Of a stretch of 64,000 bases of DNA, positions 48,116-57,549 are shown in pieces (positions within the stretch are counted from its first letter, which is position 1; each line of letters opens with the position of its first letter). Made by a program: the position numbers and the translations under genes. Origin of the DNA: Nitrospinales bacterium (lineage in GTDB: Bacteria > Nitrospinota > Nitrospinia > Nitrospinales > VA-1); the NCBI GenBank assembly GCA_965223795.1, contig CBDCXL010000002.1:2048001-2112000 (forward strand), given 5' to 3'. A model generated the notes under the pieces. It saw only the letters and a list, made by a program, of their open reading frames with translations, was not told the origin of the DNA and did not search any database.

Positions 48116-49492
48116 ATGAAACTGTTGATCACAGGCGCGACCGGGTTCATCGGAAAAGAGCTGCTTCCGCTGCTGCGGGACCAGGGACACGAAATGATCG
48201 TGCTGACGCGGAATCCGGAAAAGGCGCGCGTGCGCCTTTCAGCGGCGTGCCGGGTCGAAAGCTGGAATCCGGCCACAGGCGGCTTCGATGAGACCCTGCT
48301 TTCCGGGGTGGACGGAGTGGTGCACCTCGCCGGGGAGGGGGTCGCATCCGGACGCTGGAACGAAGCGCGCAAGCGGGCGATCTATGAATCCCGCATCGCT
48401 TCCACGCGCGGGCTGATGCAGGCTGTGGCGCGGATGCCCAAGCCGCCCGCGGTGTTCGTCTCGGCGTCGGCCATCGGGATATACGGCGACTGCGGCGAGG
48501 AACTGCTGGATGAAACGTCCGCTGCCGGTTCGGGGTTTCTGGCCGATGTGTGCCGCGATTGGGAGACCGAAGTGTTTCGCGAGGGCGTCGAGTCCATGCG
48601 CCGCGTGGCGCTGCGCATCGGCGTGGTATTGGGGAACGGCGGCGGGGCGATGGAGAAGATGCTGCCGCCGTTTAAGCTCGGGCTCGGCGGCACGCTGGGC
48701 GGCGGCGCTCAGTGGATGAGCTGGATACATGTGCGCGATGTGGCCGGGCTCATCGTGCACGCGCTGGAAACGCCGGCGCTGTCGGGGCCGGTCAACGCGG
48801 CGGCGCCGCATCCCGCGACCAACCGCGATTTCACGCGCGTTCTGGCGGGCGTGCTCAACCGGCCGGCGTTCTTGCCGGTGCCCGGATTCGTGCTGAAAAC
48901 CGCCTTCGGAGAAATGTCGCAGATCCTGCTCAACAGCCAGCGGGTATCGGCGGACAAGGCGAAGGCGTCGGGCTACAAATTCCGTTACCCGCAGCTGGAG
49001 ACGGCGCTGAAAGTGGTGTGCGAGCGGCCGGGCCACGATCTGGTGACGGAGATCTGGGTTCCCGAAGCGCGCGACAAGGTGTTTGAATTTTTTTCCGACG
49101 CGCGCAACCTGGAAAAACTCACGCCGCCGTTTTTAAAGTTCCGCATCCTCCGCATCACTCCCGAAAGCATGGGCACCGGCACGCTGCTGGATTACCGCCT
49201 TTCGCTGCACGGCATTCCGGTGCGCTGGCAGTCGAAGATCACCGACTGGGAGCCGGGCACGCGGTTCTGCGATCTGCAGACGCGCGGCCCGTACGCGTAC
49301 TGGCACCACACGCATGAGTTCGTCGACGCCAAAGGCGGCACCCTGATCCGCGACCGGGTGCAGTACAGGCTGCCGTTCGGCGTGCCCGGCGACGTGGTGG
49401 CGCACCCGCTCGTGCGCAAGGACCTGGAGACGATTTTTTCCTACCGCATGAATGTCATCGACCGCATGTATCCTTCAGACCCAAAAGCGTGA
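48116..49492 (+). CDS. TIGR01777/YfcH-family epimerase fused to a C-terminal SRPBCC domain
   Basis: GATGFIG, SASAIGIYG, QWMSWIH and SQRV, then FEFFSDARNLEKLTPP...DLQTRGPYAYWHHTHEF. Confidence 0.88.
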   Translation: MKLLITGATGFIGKELLPLLRDQGHEMIVLTRNPEKARVRLSAACRVESWNPATGGFDETLLSGVDGVVHLAGEGVASGRWNEARKRAIYESRIASTRGLMQAVARMPKPPAVFVSASAIGIYGDCGEELLDETSAAGSGFLADVCRDWETEVFREGVESMRRVALRIGVVLGNGGGAMEKMLPPFKLGLGGTLGGGAQWMSWIHVRDVAGLIVHALETPALSGPVNAAAPHPATNRDFTRVLAGVLNRPAFLPVPGFVLKTAFGEMSQILLNSQRVSADKAKASGYKFRYPQLETALKVVCERPGHDLVTEIWVPEARDKVFEFFSDARNLEKLTPPFLKFRILRITPESMGTGTLLDYRLSLHGIPVRWQSKITDWEPGTRFCDLQTRGPYAYWHHTHEFVDAKGGTLIRDRVQYRLPFGVPGDVVAHPLVRKDLETIFSYRMNVIDRMYPSDPKA

Positions 49493-49497
49493 CGCAG

Positions 49498-50511
49498 TCA
49501 GACGCGGGGACGGATCCAGCGCCAGCAGACCGCAAGTAAAGGACTCAAAACGTGATCGAGCAGAGGGTGACGCACTCCGCTGACGGCGAGCGCGCCTTCG
49601 TGCAGGCGGGTGATCTCCGCATCGGAGACTTTGCGGTTTGCCTGAATCCGGCGGCGCTTTTTTAAAATCCTCGGCAGCAGCAGCGTCAGCTCCAGATAGC
49701 TTTTCAGCTTGAGAAAAAACCAGCCGTTGCCGATCGAGTGCGCCCACTGCGCGGTTTCCACCATCCCCAATGACGGCAGGATGAGAAACAGGGTTTTCCA
49801 TTCCAGATGCTTGAGCAGCAGGTGCAGGCGGTTTTTCTCGGAATAGTAAAACTTGCGCACGCCCTTGTTGAAACGGTAATGGTGGTAAAACACCGCATCG
49901 GGATTCACCATCAGCTTCCAGCCCGCCAGCCTGAGCCGCCACGACAGGTCGTGGTCTTCGTGGTAGAGAAACAGATCCTCGTCGAAACCGCCCACCGTTT
50001 CGTACACCTCGCGCCGCAACATGAAGATCCCGCCGCAGGCCGTTTCCTGCGGAGCCAGGGCGGCGTCGTCCTTTTCATCGAGCCGGTGCGGGCAGGCGAT
50101 GCCGGTGTAGTGGATGCGGACGCCGAATGAATTGATGGCGTCGGGTTTTTCGCAGTAGAGGATCTTGGGCACGGCGGCGCCGGCCTCGGGATGGACTTCA
50201 AGAAAGCGGACCAGCTCGCGGATGCTGCCCGGCTTGAGGATGAGATCGTTGTTGAGAAAAATAAGGTGGTTCCCGTTTGCGACGGCCAGGCCGCGGTTGA
50301 CGGCGGCGCCGAAGCCGAGGTTCCTGCCGTTTTGCAAAAGACGCACCTGTGGAAAATTATTTTTCAGGTGTTCGATGGAGCCGTCCGTGGAGCCGTTGTC
50401 GCTGACGATGATCTCCAGGCCGGGTTCCTGCTGCGCGATGAGAGACTGCACGCAGGCTGCGGTGTCGTCTTTGCCGTTCCAGTTGACGATGATGGCGGAG
50501 ACGGTTGTCAT
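49498..50511 (-). CDS. Glycosyltransferase family 2
   Basis: IIVNWNG, DNGSTDGS, NLGF, LNND and GGFDEDLFLYHEDHD. Confidence 0.9.
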   Translation of the reverse strand: MTTVSAIIVNWNGKDDTAACVQSLIAQQEPGLEIIVSDNGSTDGSIEHLKNNFPQVRLLQNGRNLGFGAAVNRGLAVANGNHLIFLNNDLILKPGSIRELVRFLEVHPEAGAAVPKILYCEKPDAINSFGVRIHYTGIACPHRLDEKDDAALAPQETACGGIFMLRREVYETVGGFDEDLFLYHEDHDLSWRLRLAGWKLMVNPDAVFYHHYRFNKGVRKFYYSEKNRLHLLLKHLEWKTLFLILPSLGMVETAQWAHSIGNGWFFLKLKSYLELTLLLPRILKKRRRIQANRKVSDAEITRLHEGALAVSGVRHPLLDHVLSPLLAVCWRWIRPRV

Positions 50512-50524
50512 GGCCGTTTAGGGG

Positions 50525-51601
50525 TCACGTTGCGTTGCGCGTTTCCTCGAACCAGGCGAGCAGTTCGCGGCAGTTGCGTTCCCAGTCGAAGGTCTCAATT
50601 TTTTTACGGCCGTTGTCCGCCAGTTCTTGAAGCAGGCTTTCATCTTCAAGCAGACGCGCCAGATTGGCGGCGAGCGCGCCGGGGTCTTTGGGCGGCGAAA
50701 CCAGGGCGGTCTCACCGTGCACCGCGTAATCGCGGCCACCGCCGGTGTCGGTGGTCACCAGGGCGGAGCCGCAGGCCATCGCTTCCATCGGCGGCATGCC
50801 GAGCCCTTCGTGCCAGCTCGGGCACAGATAGATGTCCGAGGAGGCGTAGATCCCGCGCAGCGTTTCGCGCGTGGGGCGGTGGTGGTATGCAAAATCGAAT
50901 CCGGCTTCCTGTTTCAGGCGGGCGGGGTCCTTGAGCTTTTCGCCGAACACCACAAGTTCGAACGGCAGGTTCCTGTCCCGGATTTTGCGCATCGCCGCGA
51001 TCCCGTCCTGATAGCCTTTCCAGTCGTAATCGTGGTGCATGAGGGCGATCCGGCGCGGCACGTTGGGCTCTCCCGGCTCATAGAAAAAAACGCCGCGGTC
51101 GACCGGGGTCACGAAGACGCGGGCGTGTTGTCCGTAATTTTCATGCAAAATCTGCTTGAGCCAGGAGGAGATGACGATTTTTTCAAAAGGCAGCCGGTAG
51201 GTGCGTTCGGCGTTTTTCTTTTCGCGGGTCCACAGGCTTTCGTGATGCTGGATGAAGTAGAATTTTTTCCCGGCGGACACGGGCAGCGTGGCTGCGATGG
51301 CCGCGGTCTGCCAGGCGGTGGCGATCAGGATATCGGCGGGCGGGAAAAACCGCGCCGCGTTCTCCGGCAGGCGGTCGATGGGGAGGCGGTTGTCGAACCA
51401 GTCCACCGTGTCCGGGCTCAGGGTTTTAAGCGGCGCGCGCTTTTGCCGCCAGATCCGATCGACGCGCCACCATTTCGGTTCATCGGCGGGCACCACCAGC
51501 CGGACGTCATGCCCTTTGGCGTGAAAGCGGTTTGCGTATTCCAGGACCGCCTTGACGCCGCCGCTCAGGCGGACATGGGGAAGCAGAAACGTGATCTTCA
51601 T
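50525..51601 (-). CDS. Glycosyltransferase family 4 (WsaF/rhamnosyltransferase-like)
   Basis: SGGVK, ATAWQTA, YFIQHHE and EGLGMPPMEAMACG. Confidence 0.85.
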   Translation of the reverse strand: MKITFLLPHVRLSGGVKAVLEYANRFHAKGHDVRLVVPADEPKWWRVDRIWRQKRAPLKTLSPDTVDWFDNRLPIDRLPENAARFFPPADILIATAWQTAAIAATLPVSAGKKFYFIQHHESLWTREKKNAERTYRLPFEKIVISSWLKQILHENYGQHARVFVTPVDRGVFFYEPGEPNVPRRIALMHHDYDWKGYQDGIAAMRKIRDRNLPFELVVFGEKLKDPARLKQEAGFDFAYHHRPTRETLRGIYASSDIYLCPSWHEGLGMPPMEAMACGSALVTTDTGGGRDYAVHGETALVSPPKDPGALAANLARLLEDESLLQELADNGRKKIETFDWERNCRELLAWFEETRNAT

Positions 51602-51685
51602 ACTGAGTGGCGTGCGGTTTGCGTGCGGCCGGGTGTGCAGGAAAACGGGTGCCGCGCCGTGCGATTTTCTGGGCGGCGTGCCCGG

Positions 51686-52090
51686 TTATTCCAGGATTTT
51701 CTGATAATAGGTGTCGGGGTCTTCCGGGTTGAAGGTTTCATCGGCGTAAACGATCAGCACCATTTCCCGATCCCCCTGGTTCTTGATGGCGTGGATGATT
51801 CCCGGCGTGATCTTGACGGTCTTCAGGGCGTTCTCGCCCATGAGGATCTCCTGTTCCTCGCCGGTGGCGCGGTCTTTGAGCAGCAACAGCCCGGTGCCGG
51901 TGGGGACGGAAAACCATTCGGTCTTGCGCTTGTGGTAATGGTTGCCGCGCACTTTGCCCGGATGCGCGACGGAGACGTGCAGCTGGCCGAACTCTTTGAC
52001 CGTTGCCAGATGCTGCTTTCCCAGAACCTCGAACAGCCAGCCGCGCTCGTCGGATTTTTTATCGTGGTCCTGAACCTGGATGCCTTTCAT
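51686..52090 (-). CDS. Cupin-fold nucleotide-sugar isomerase/epimerase (WxcM/FdtA-like)
   Basis: DERG, RGNHYH...EWF and PGIIHAI. Confidence 0.8.
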   Translation of the reverse strand: MKGIQVQDHDKKSDERGWLFEVLGKQHLATVKEFGQLHVSVAHPGKVRGNHYHKRKTEWFSVPTGTGLLLLKDRATGEEQEILMGENALKTVKITPGIIHAIKNQGDREMVLIVYADETFNPEDPDTYYQKILE

Positions 52091-52269
52091 GGATGACGCT
52101 CTCATTCAATCCGTTCAAACGCGTTGCGGACGCCGCTCGCCGGGAAAGTTTTTGCGGTACTACGACCGCGGGGCTGCAGCCCTTTCGCGAAAGCGGCGGG
52201 CGTCACGGAACCCGCATTATACACGTTTTGACCGCTTCTGGTGGAAGACGATGCCGCGTCAGGCAGCGG

Positions 52270-53217
52270 TCATGCCGACACGCACAGGTTCCTGAGCTGG
52301 TCTTTCAGCCGTTCGATTCCGGCGGGAAGATCGACTTTCGGTTTCCATCCCAACAGGGTGCGGGCCTTGGAATAATCGCAGAGGAGCTTGGGGATTTCCG
52401 ACTGGGGGTGGTGGTGCTCGACGAAACGGATGCGGTCCGGATCGGCACACACCATGCGGGCGAGATCGATCACGGCGATGTCCTCTCCGGAACCGGCGTT
52501 GATGACTTCCCCGGTGGCGGCCTCGCACAGGGAGGCTTTGTAGAGAAAGTCCACGCAATCCTCCACGTAAAGCAGGTCGCGGGTCTGGGTGCCGTCGCCG
52601 TAGACGTTGAGGCACTCGCCGTTTAAGGCTTGGCGCACGAAGATGGAGACGACGCCGCCTTCCAGATTGTATTTCTGGTAGGGGCCGTAGGTGTTGAACG
52701 GACGGCAGGTGACGACGGGCAGGCCGTAGCTGTGGTGGTAGGACTGGGCCAGCACTTCCGCCGCGAGCTTGGAGGCGGCGTAGGGGGACACCGGCTTGAG
52801 CGGGTGCAGCTCGTGGATGGGCTTGTGGCTTTCCGCCATGTCGTACACCATGCAGGTGCCCATGAGCATGATCTTGGTGCCCAGGGCGCGGCATTCCTCA
52901 AGGATGTTGTAGGTGCCCTGGATATTGATGGCGAAAGCCTTGCTGGGGTTTTCCAGCGACTCGTGCACGTTGATCTGGGCGGCGAGGTGGTACACGATGT
53001 CCGGCCTGGCTTCGAACAGGGCGTGCAGCGCTTTTTCGTTGAGGATGTCATCGTACACCACCTGCTTGAGCAGCGGGTGGCCGATGAATTCCTCGAGGTT
53101 GTTTTCCATGCCGTTTTCGAGGTTGTCGATCACCCACACCTCGCACTGTTCCTCAAGCAGTTTTTTCACCAGCCAGCGGCCGATGAAACCGGCCCCGCCC
53201 GTCACCAGCGCTTTCAT
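52270..53217 (-). CDS. NAD-dependent nucleotide-sugar epimerase/dehydratase
   Basis: GGAGFIG, YAASK, RPFNTYGP and GDGTQTRD. Start ATG 53217 overlaps the upstream stop (ATGA). Confidence 0.9.
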   Translation of the reverse strand: MKALVTGGAGFIGRWLVKKLLEEQCEVWVIDNLENGMENNLEEFIGHPLLKQVVYDDILNEKALHALFEARPDIVYHLAAQINVHESLENPSKAFAINIQGTYNILEECRALGTKIMLMGTCMVYDMAESHKPIHELHPLKPVSPYAASKLAAEVLAQSYHHSYGLPVVTCRPFNTYGPYQKYNLEGGVVSIFVRQALNGECLNVYGDGTQTRDLLYVEDCVDFLYKASLCEAATGEVINAGSGEDIAVIDLARMVCADPDRIRFVEHHHPQSEIPKLLCDYSKARTLLGWKPKVDLPAGIERLKDQLRNLCVSA

Positions 53218-54170
53218 ATCAGCTCCCGGTACCATTGGATGGTCCGCTTCAAGCCGTCTTCCAGCGAGTAGTGCGGTTCCCATCCGGTTTTCTGATGAAT
53301 CAAAGAATAGTCGGCTTCCAGGGACATCAGATCGGCGGAGCGGCCGGGCCGGTTGTCGATCGGAGATTGCGACCCGGTCATGTCTTTGATCAGTTGCGCC
53401 AGGGACTTGATGGAGGTCTGCCGGTTGGTGCCGATGTTGAACACCTCTCCGGAGAAACGCTTGTCCTTGGTGATGACGAGCGAGTAGGCGCGCACGGCGT
53501 CTTTGATGTACTGGAAATCGCGGGTCTGTTCGCCGCTGTCGTGGATGACGATGGGCTTTTGCGTCAGGGCGTCGAGGATGAACTTCGAGATCACGCCCGC
53601 GTGCGCGGAGATGTCCTGGTTTTCGCCGAAGGTGTTGAAGTTGCGGATCACCACCACCGGGTACTTGTACCACTCGTGCATGGCCTTGCAGTGCTTCTCG
53701 GCGGCCAGCTTGGTGACGGCGTAGATGCTGCGCGGCAGCATCGGGTGGTTGATGTCCATCGGCGTGTAGATGGGGTTGCCGTACACTTCCGGCGAGGAGG
53801 CGTAGACCATCAGCGGCCAGTTTTTCGTGCGCACCAGAGACTGCACGAGGCGGAAGGTGCCCCATTCGTTGTTCTTGAAGTATTCGTTGGCCTGTTCCAT
53901 CGACTCGGGGATGGAGATGTGCGCGGCCAGGTGCACCACCGCGTCGAGGTCCATGCGGTCGAGTTCCTCGACGGTGAGGTGGTAGAATTTTTTACGGATC
54001 AGCTGGAACTTTCTATCGAAAGCTTCGGATTTGATGAAGGGGTCCTGCTGGAAAAATTTGCGGGAGAAATCGTCCACCCCGATGATGTGGTCGATGTCCG
54101 CGCGGCGGACGAGCTCATCCACAAGATGGATGCCGTACAGACCCGCGGCGCCGGTGATCAGGATTCGCAT
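53214..54170 (-). CDS. NAD-dependent nucleotide-sugar epimerase/dehydratase
   Basis: GAAGLYG, HLAA, SSPEVYG, YAVTK and QTRDF. Confidence 0.9.
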   Translation of the reverse strand: MRILITGAAGLYGIHLVDELVRRADIDHIIGVDDFSRKFFQQDPFIKSEAFDRKFQLIRKKFYHLTVEELDRMDLDAVVHLAAHISIPESMEQANEYFKNNEWGTFRLVQSLVRTKNWPLMVYASSPEVYGNPIYTPMDINHPMLPRSIYAVTKLAAEKHCKAMHEWYKYPVVVIRNFNTFGENQDISAHAGVISKFILDALTQKPIVIHDSGEQTRDFQYIKDAVRAYSLVITKDKRFSGEVFNIGTNRQTSIKSLAQLIKDMTGSQSPIDNRPGRSADLMSLEADYSLIHQKTGWEPHYSLEDGLKRTIQWYRELI

Positions 54171-54323
54171 GTTCTCTCCGTCTTTGCGGTCGAGTGGAAG
54201 CTCGGGTTGCGCGCCGCCGCCGGAACCGGCGGCGGTTTGATCCTCAGGATTGATTCTGCTACCCTTTGCCGTTCCCTATCTTTATATTTGACGGCATGCG
54301 TTCGCTTGAGCTTGAGTGTTGTT

Positions 54324-55454
54324 ATGGTCCGGACGGGAAAAATTTTTCTGCTGCTTGTGTTTTTATCCGCCGCCGCGGTGTCTCCGCGCGTCGCAGCCCA
54401 ATCCGAAGAACCGCCCCGCTTCCGCGAGGCGGTGCCGGGATACACGTACGCGTTTCCGCGCGATCATTTTTCGCACGACGATTTCCGCATCGAATGGTGG
54501 TATTACACGGGCAACCTGAAAACCGCGGCCGGGCGGGAGTTCGGCTATCAGGTCACCTTCTTCCGGGTGGCGCTCGAGGGCGAGGAAAAAATCGTGAACC
54601 CCTCCAAATGGAAGGTGGATCAGGTGTACTTCGCGCATCTCACAGTGTCCGACATCGAAAGCGGGCGCTTTCACTTTTTCGAGCGCATCAACCGCAAAGG
54701 CATGCGGCACGCAGGCGCGGCGTCCGACCGTCTGCATGTCTGGAACGAGGACTGGTCGCTCACCGAAAAAGACGGCGGGCACCGTCTGCATGCGGTGGAG
54801 AACGGCACCGGCGTGGAACTCACCCTCGTGCCGCTCAAAAAACCGGTGATCCACGGCGAAGGGGGGATCAGCCGCAAAGGCGAAAACGAGGGCAACGCGT
54901 CGCATTATTTTTCCTTCACGCGCATGCGAACGACGGGACACGTTCTGGTGAACGGCGAGAAGCACGCGGTCGAGGGCACGAGCTGGATGGACCGGGAATT
55001 TTCCAGCAACCCGATGCATCCGGATCTCATCGGCTGGGACTGGTATTCCTTAAAACTCGACAACGGCGTGGAGCTCATGCTCTACCAGCTGCGCAGAAAG
55101 GACGGCAGCGTCGACCCGCATTCGAGCGGCACGCTGGTATTGAAAGACGGTAGCCATCGCCACCTGGAATTGAAGGATTTTGAGGTCGAGATTCTCGATC
55201 ACTGGAAAAGCGGCAATACCCAGATCACCTATCCTGCGGCCTGGACGATCCGCGTTGCGGGCGAGGATGCAGCGTTGCGCATCCATCCCGACTTTGCCGG
55301 CCAGGAACTGTTTCACCTGCGTTCGATCTCGGGCGCCTACTGGGAGGGCAGCGTTTCGTTCGAGGGCACCTTCCGGGGACAGCCGGTGCGGGGCAAGGGC
55401 TATGTCGAGCTGGTGGGCTACGGGCAGCCGCTGGTTCAGGAACTGCCGCAATGA
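54324..55454 (+). CDS. Secreted AttH/CrtC-like lipocalin-fold hydrolase
   Basis: Signal peptide; FPRDH, EWWYYTGNL, WMDREF, GWDW, YWEG and GYVELVGY. Confidence 0.85.
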   Translation: MVRTGKIFLLLVFLSAAAVSPRVAAQSEEPPRFREAVPGYTYAFPRDHFSHDDFRIEWWYYTGNLKTAAGREFGYQVTFFRVALEGEEKIVNPSKWKVDQVYFAHLTVSDIESGRFHFFERINRKGMRHAGAASDRLHVWNEDWSLTEKDGGHRLHAVENGTGVELTLVPLKKPVIHGEGGISRKGENEGNASHYFSFTRMRTTGHVLVNGEKHAVEGTSWMDREFSSNPMHPDLIGWDWYSLKLDNGVELMLYQLRRKDGSVDPHSSGTLVLKDGSHRHLELKDFEVEILDHWKSGNTQITYPAAWTIRVAGEDAALRIHPDFAGQELFHLRSISGAYWEGSVSFEGTFRGQPVRGKGYVELVGYGQPLVQELPQ

Positions 55455-55470
55455 CCGGCGCGAGCCGCGG

Positions 55471-56265
55471 TCATGCAGATTCTCTCTGCGGGATGAGGAG
55501 GCTCAGGCAGGTGACGGCGCCGTCGGCTTTTTCGAATTCGCTCATGTCCAGCTCCACCACATTCAATCCCAGCGCCGCGACGCGCGCTGCAAGGCGGTCG
55601 AAGCCGCGCGCCATCAGCACGGTGCTGCCGAGTGTCAGGCAGTTGGCGCCGTAGGCTTCATCGTCGTTCACTTCGATCCATTCGAAATCGCGGAAGGGCC
55701 CGGTATCCACACGGGAAGGACAAAGCAGTAAATGTTTGCCGCCGAGGGTGCCGACCGAGCTTTTGAGGTGCAGCCCCGCGTGCACGGCGACAGGGACGAC
55801 GGGTTTCGCGGACAGCTGGCGGAGCGTGTCCAGGCAATGTGCGCCGGTGCGGGAGGATTGCCCGACGAACAGCGCCGCGTCCGTGTCCAGCACGTCGCCG
55901 CCGTCCAGGGTCGCGGGTTCGGGCAGGTGCGTCAGCGGCCGGTGTTTTTGCAGCGCCCGGGCCACCGATTCGGTTTCCCCCCGGCGGCTGGTTTCTTTTA
56001 GCGAGCAGACCAGCGCCCGATCGGCAACGAGGATCGCCGTGTCCTCGACGAACGGCGCGTCGGGATGACCCGCCAGCGGGGGCAGCGCCTCGATGCGGGC
56101 TCCCGCGGTCTGCAGAGCCTGCACGTAGCGCTCGTGCTGCTTTGCGGCGCGCCGCCAGTCGATGCTGAGTTTTTGCGGGTGCGCCGACAGCGCGTTGGCG
56201 AAATCCGGACCCGGCGGCCGCACCAGTGCGGTGCACAGGATGGATTTTGAATCGGACGGGTTCAC
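55471..56265 (-). CDS. Dimethylarginine dimethylaminohydrolase (amidinotransferase fold)
   Basis: PDAPFVED, RRGE, DGGD, HLKS and C-terminal DGAVTCLS with the catalytic Cys. Confidence 0.85.
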   Translation of the reverse strand: MNPSDSKSILCTALVRPPGPDFANALSAHPQKLSIDWRRAAKQHERYVQALQTAGARIEALPPLAGHPDAPFVEDTAILVADRALVCSLKETSRRGETESVARALQKHRPLTHLPEPATLDGGDVLDTDAALFVGQSSRTGAHCLDTLRQLSAKPVVPVAVHAGLHLKSSVGTLGGKHLLLCPSRVDTGPFRDFEWIEVNDDEAYGANCLTLGSTVLMARGFDRLAARVAALGLNVVELDMSEFEKADGAVTCLSLLIPQRESA

Positions 56266-56327
56266 GTCGGTTTCTCCGAAGCAGGACTGTTGCCTGAGCC
56301 GGGTGTACGCAAGCCAGAGTTTTTCAA

Positions 56328-56385
56328 TGTCACCCTGAGCTTGTCGAAGGGGGGCGAATCATGCTTCGACAGGCTCAGCATGACA
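56328..56385. repeat. REP/MITE-like palindromic element
   Basis: TGTCACCCTGAGCTTGTCGAAG ... CTTCGACAGGCTCAGCATGACA; 22-nt arms, 19/22 complementary. Confidence 0.75.
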
Positions 56386-56431
56386 GGAAATCGGCGTATG
56401 CAAAGGCACCCAAAGCGGGGGACAGGAGCGG

Positions 56432-56905
56432 TCAGTCGCAGGTGCGGGTGTTCATGAGGCGGGAGAAATACAGGATGGGCACCGCCTTTTTCGCGCCCTT
56501 GATGATTTTCATCGTCGCCTTGCTGGGTTTGAGGCCGGCTTTGGTGTTTTCCGGCCGGGCCACGTACACCAGGCCGTTGACCAGGTTGAAATCGTGACGG
56601 GTGAACCGCATGACCTTGCGCTGATATTGCTTCGGCGCGTCGTGGATTTCATCCAGCTTCGGCAGGAAGGAGCTGTCCATCTCGTAGAGCACGCCGAACA
56701 TCATGCCGGAACTGCCCGAGGTGGGCTCGATGTTCGGCAGACCCAAATTTTCCGGCGCATCCTCCTCGACGGGGATCTTGTTGAACACGACCTGCCAGGC
56801 GGAAAGGGTCACCGACGATTTGGAAATGTACTCCAACCCGCGCTGCTTGAAGTGCTGTTCATTCATCAATTCGTCGTAAGCAAAAAAGTTGACCACATCC
56901 ACCAT
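56432..56905 (-). CDS. Gamma-glutamylcyclotransferase-family protein
   Basis: FFAYDELM (YFAYGSNM-like), GVLYE, LDEIH and VYVA; some canonical residues are divergent. Confidence 0.7.
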   Translation of the reverse strand: MVDVVNFFAYDELMNEQHFKQRGLEYISKSSVTLSAWQVVFNKIPVEEDAPENLGLPNIEPTSGSSGMMFGVLYEMDSSFLPKLDEIHDAPKQYQRKVMRFTRHDFNLVNGLVYVARPENTKAGLKPSKATMKIIKGAKKAVPILYFSRLMNTRTCD

Positions 56906-56978
56906 CGAACGTTCCTCGCTGAAAAAAGTGTCAAAAATCGAAAAATTCTTTTATACACAACCACTTATGGTAATTGTG

Positions 56979-57007
56979 TTGCCCGTTTCCGGCGATTGTG
57001 CTAGTAT
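56979..57007 (+). promoter_or_regulatory. sigma70-like promoter upstream of thioredoxin
   Basis: TTGCCC-N17-TAGTAT with TG extension. Confidence 0.45.
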
Positions 57008-57198
57008 CTGTAAAATTATCCGCACCGTTACAATCACTTTTGCCATCTAATTCAAGAGTAAACAAGCCGTCTTTTCAAGTGGAATTCCTGCTTGGAACGG
57101 GCTTTTTTGGCAAACGCCCTCTTGACCCACAGGGCCGGATTTCGGTGAACCGTACTGAATTCCGGGTAAATTGATTCAATCACACACAGGAGAATTTT

Positions 57199-57549
57199 AT
57201 GGCAGCCGGTAAAGTCGCACCCGTGTCCGACGATGAATTCGAATCTTCCGTGATCCAAAACGGAAAACCCGTTGTGGTCGACTTTTGGGCGGAGTGGTGC
57301 CAACCCTGTAAAATGCTCGCTCCTACGGTGGAAGAGATCGCCGGGGAATACGAAGACAAAGTGTTCGTCAGCAAGCTCAATGTGGACGAGAATCCCAACA
57401 CGGCCACCAAGTTCGGCATCCGCGGGATCCCCACGCTCCTGTTTTTCAAGGACGGCAAAGTGGTTCAACAACTGGTGGGCGTGAAAACGAAGGCGGAGAT
57501 CAAGAAGGTCATCGAAGAGGATCTGCTGACGCCCTCGCAGACCGCCTGA
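57199..57549 (+). CDS. trxA: Thioredoxin
   Basis: VDFWAEWCQPCK, KLNVDEN and GIPTLLFFK; AGGAG RBS. Confidence 0.93.
   Translation: MAAGKVAPVSDDEFESSVIQNGKPVVVDFWAEWCQPCKMLAPTVEEIAGEYEDKVFVSKLNVDENPNTATKFGIRGIPTLLFFKDGKVVQQLVGVKTKAEIKKVIEEDLLTPSQTA

Noticed and set aside
52095..52225. c-di-GMP-I riboswitch
   Set aside because: The GGCAAAC and GACGCAAAG-type conserved segments are not present.
53218..53865. N-terminal extension of the 52270-53865 ORF
   Set aside because: It overlaps the upstream epimerase in another frame; the Rossmann motif starts right at ATG 53217.
53235..54323. Apparent 739-aa ORF fusing an unknown N-terminus to the AttH-like protein
   Set aside because: The extension is antisense to a clear epimerase gene; a signal peptide begins at ATG 54324.
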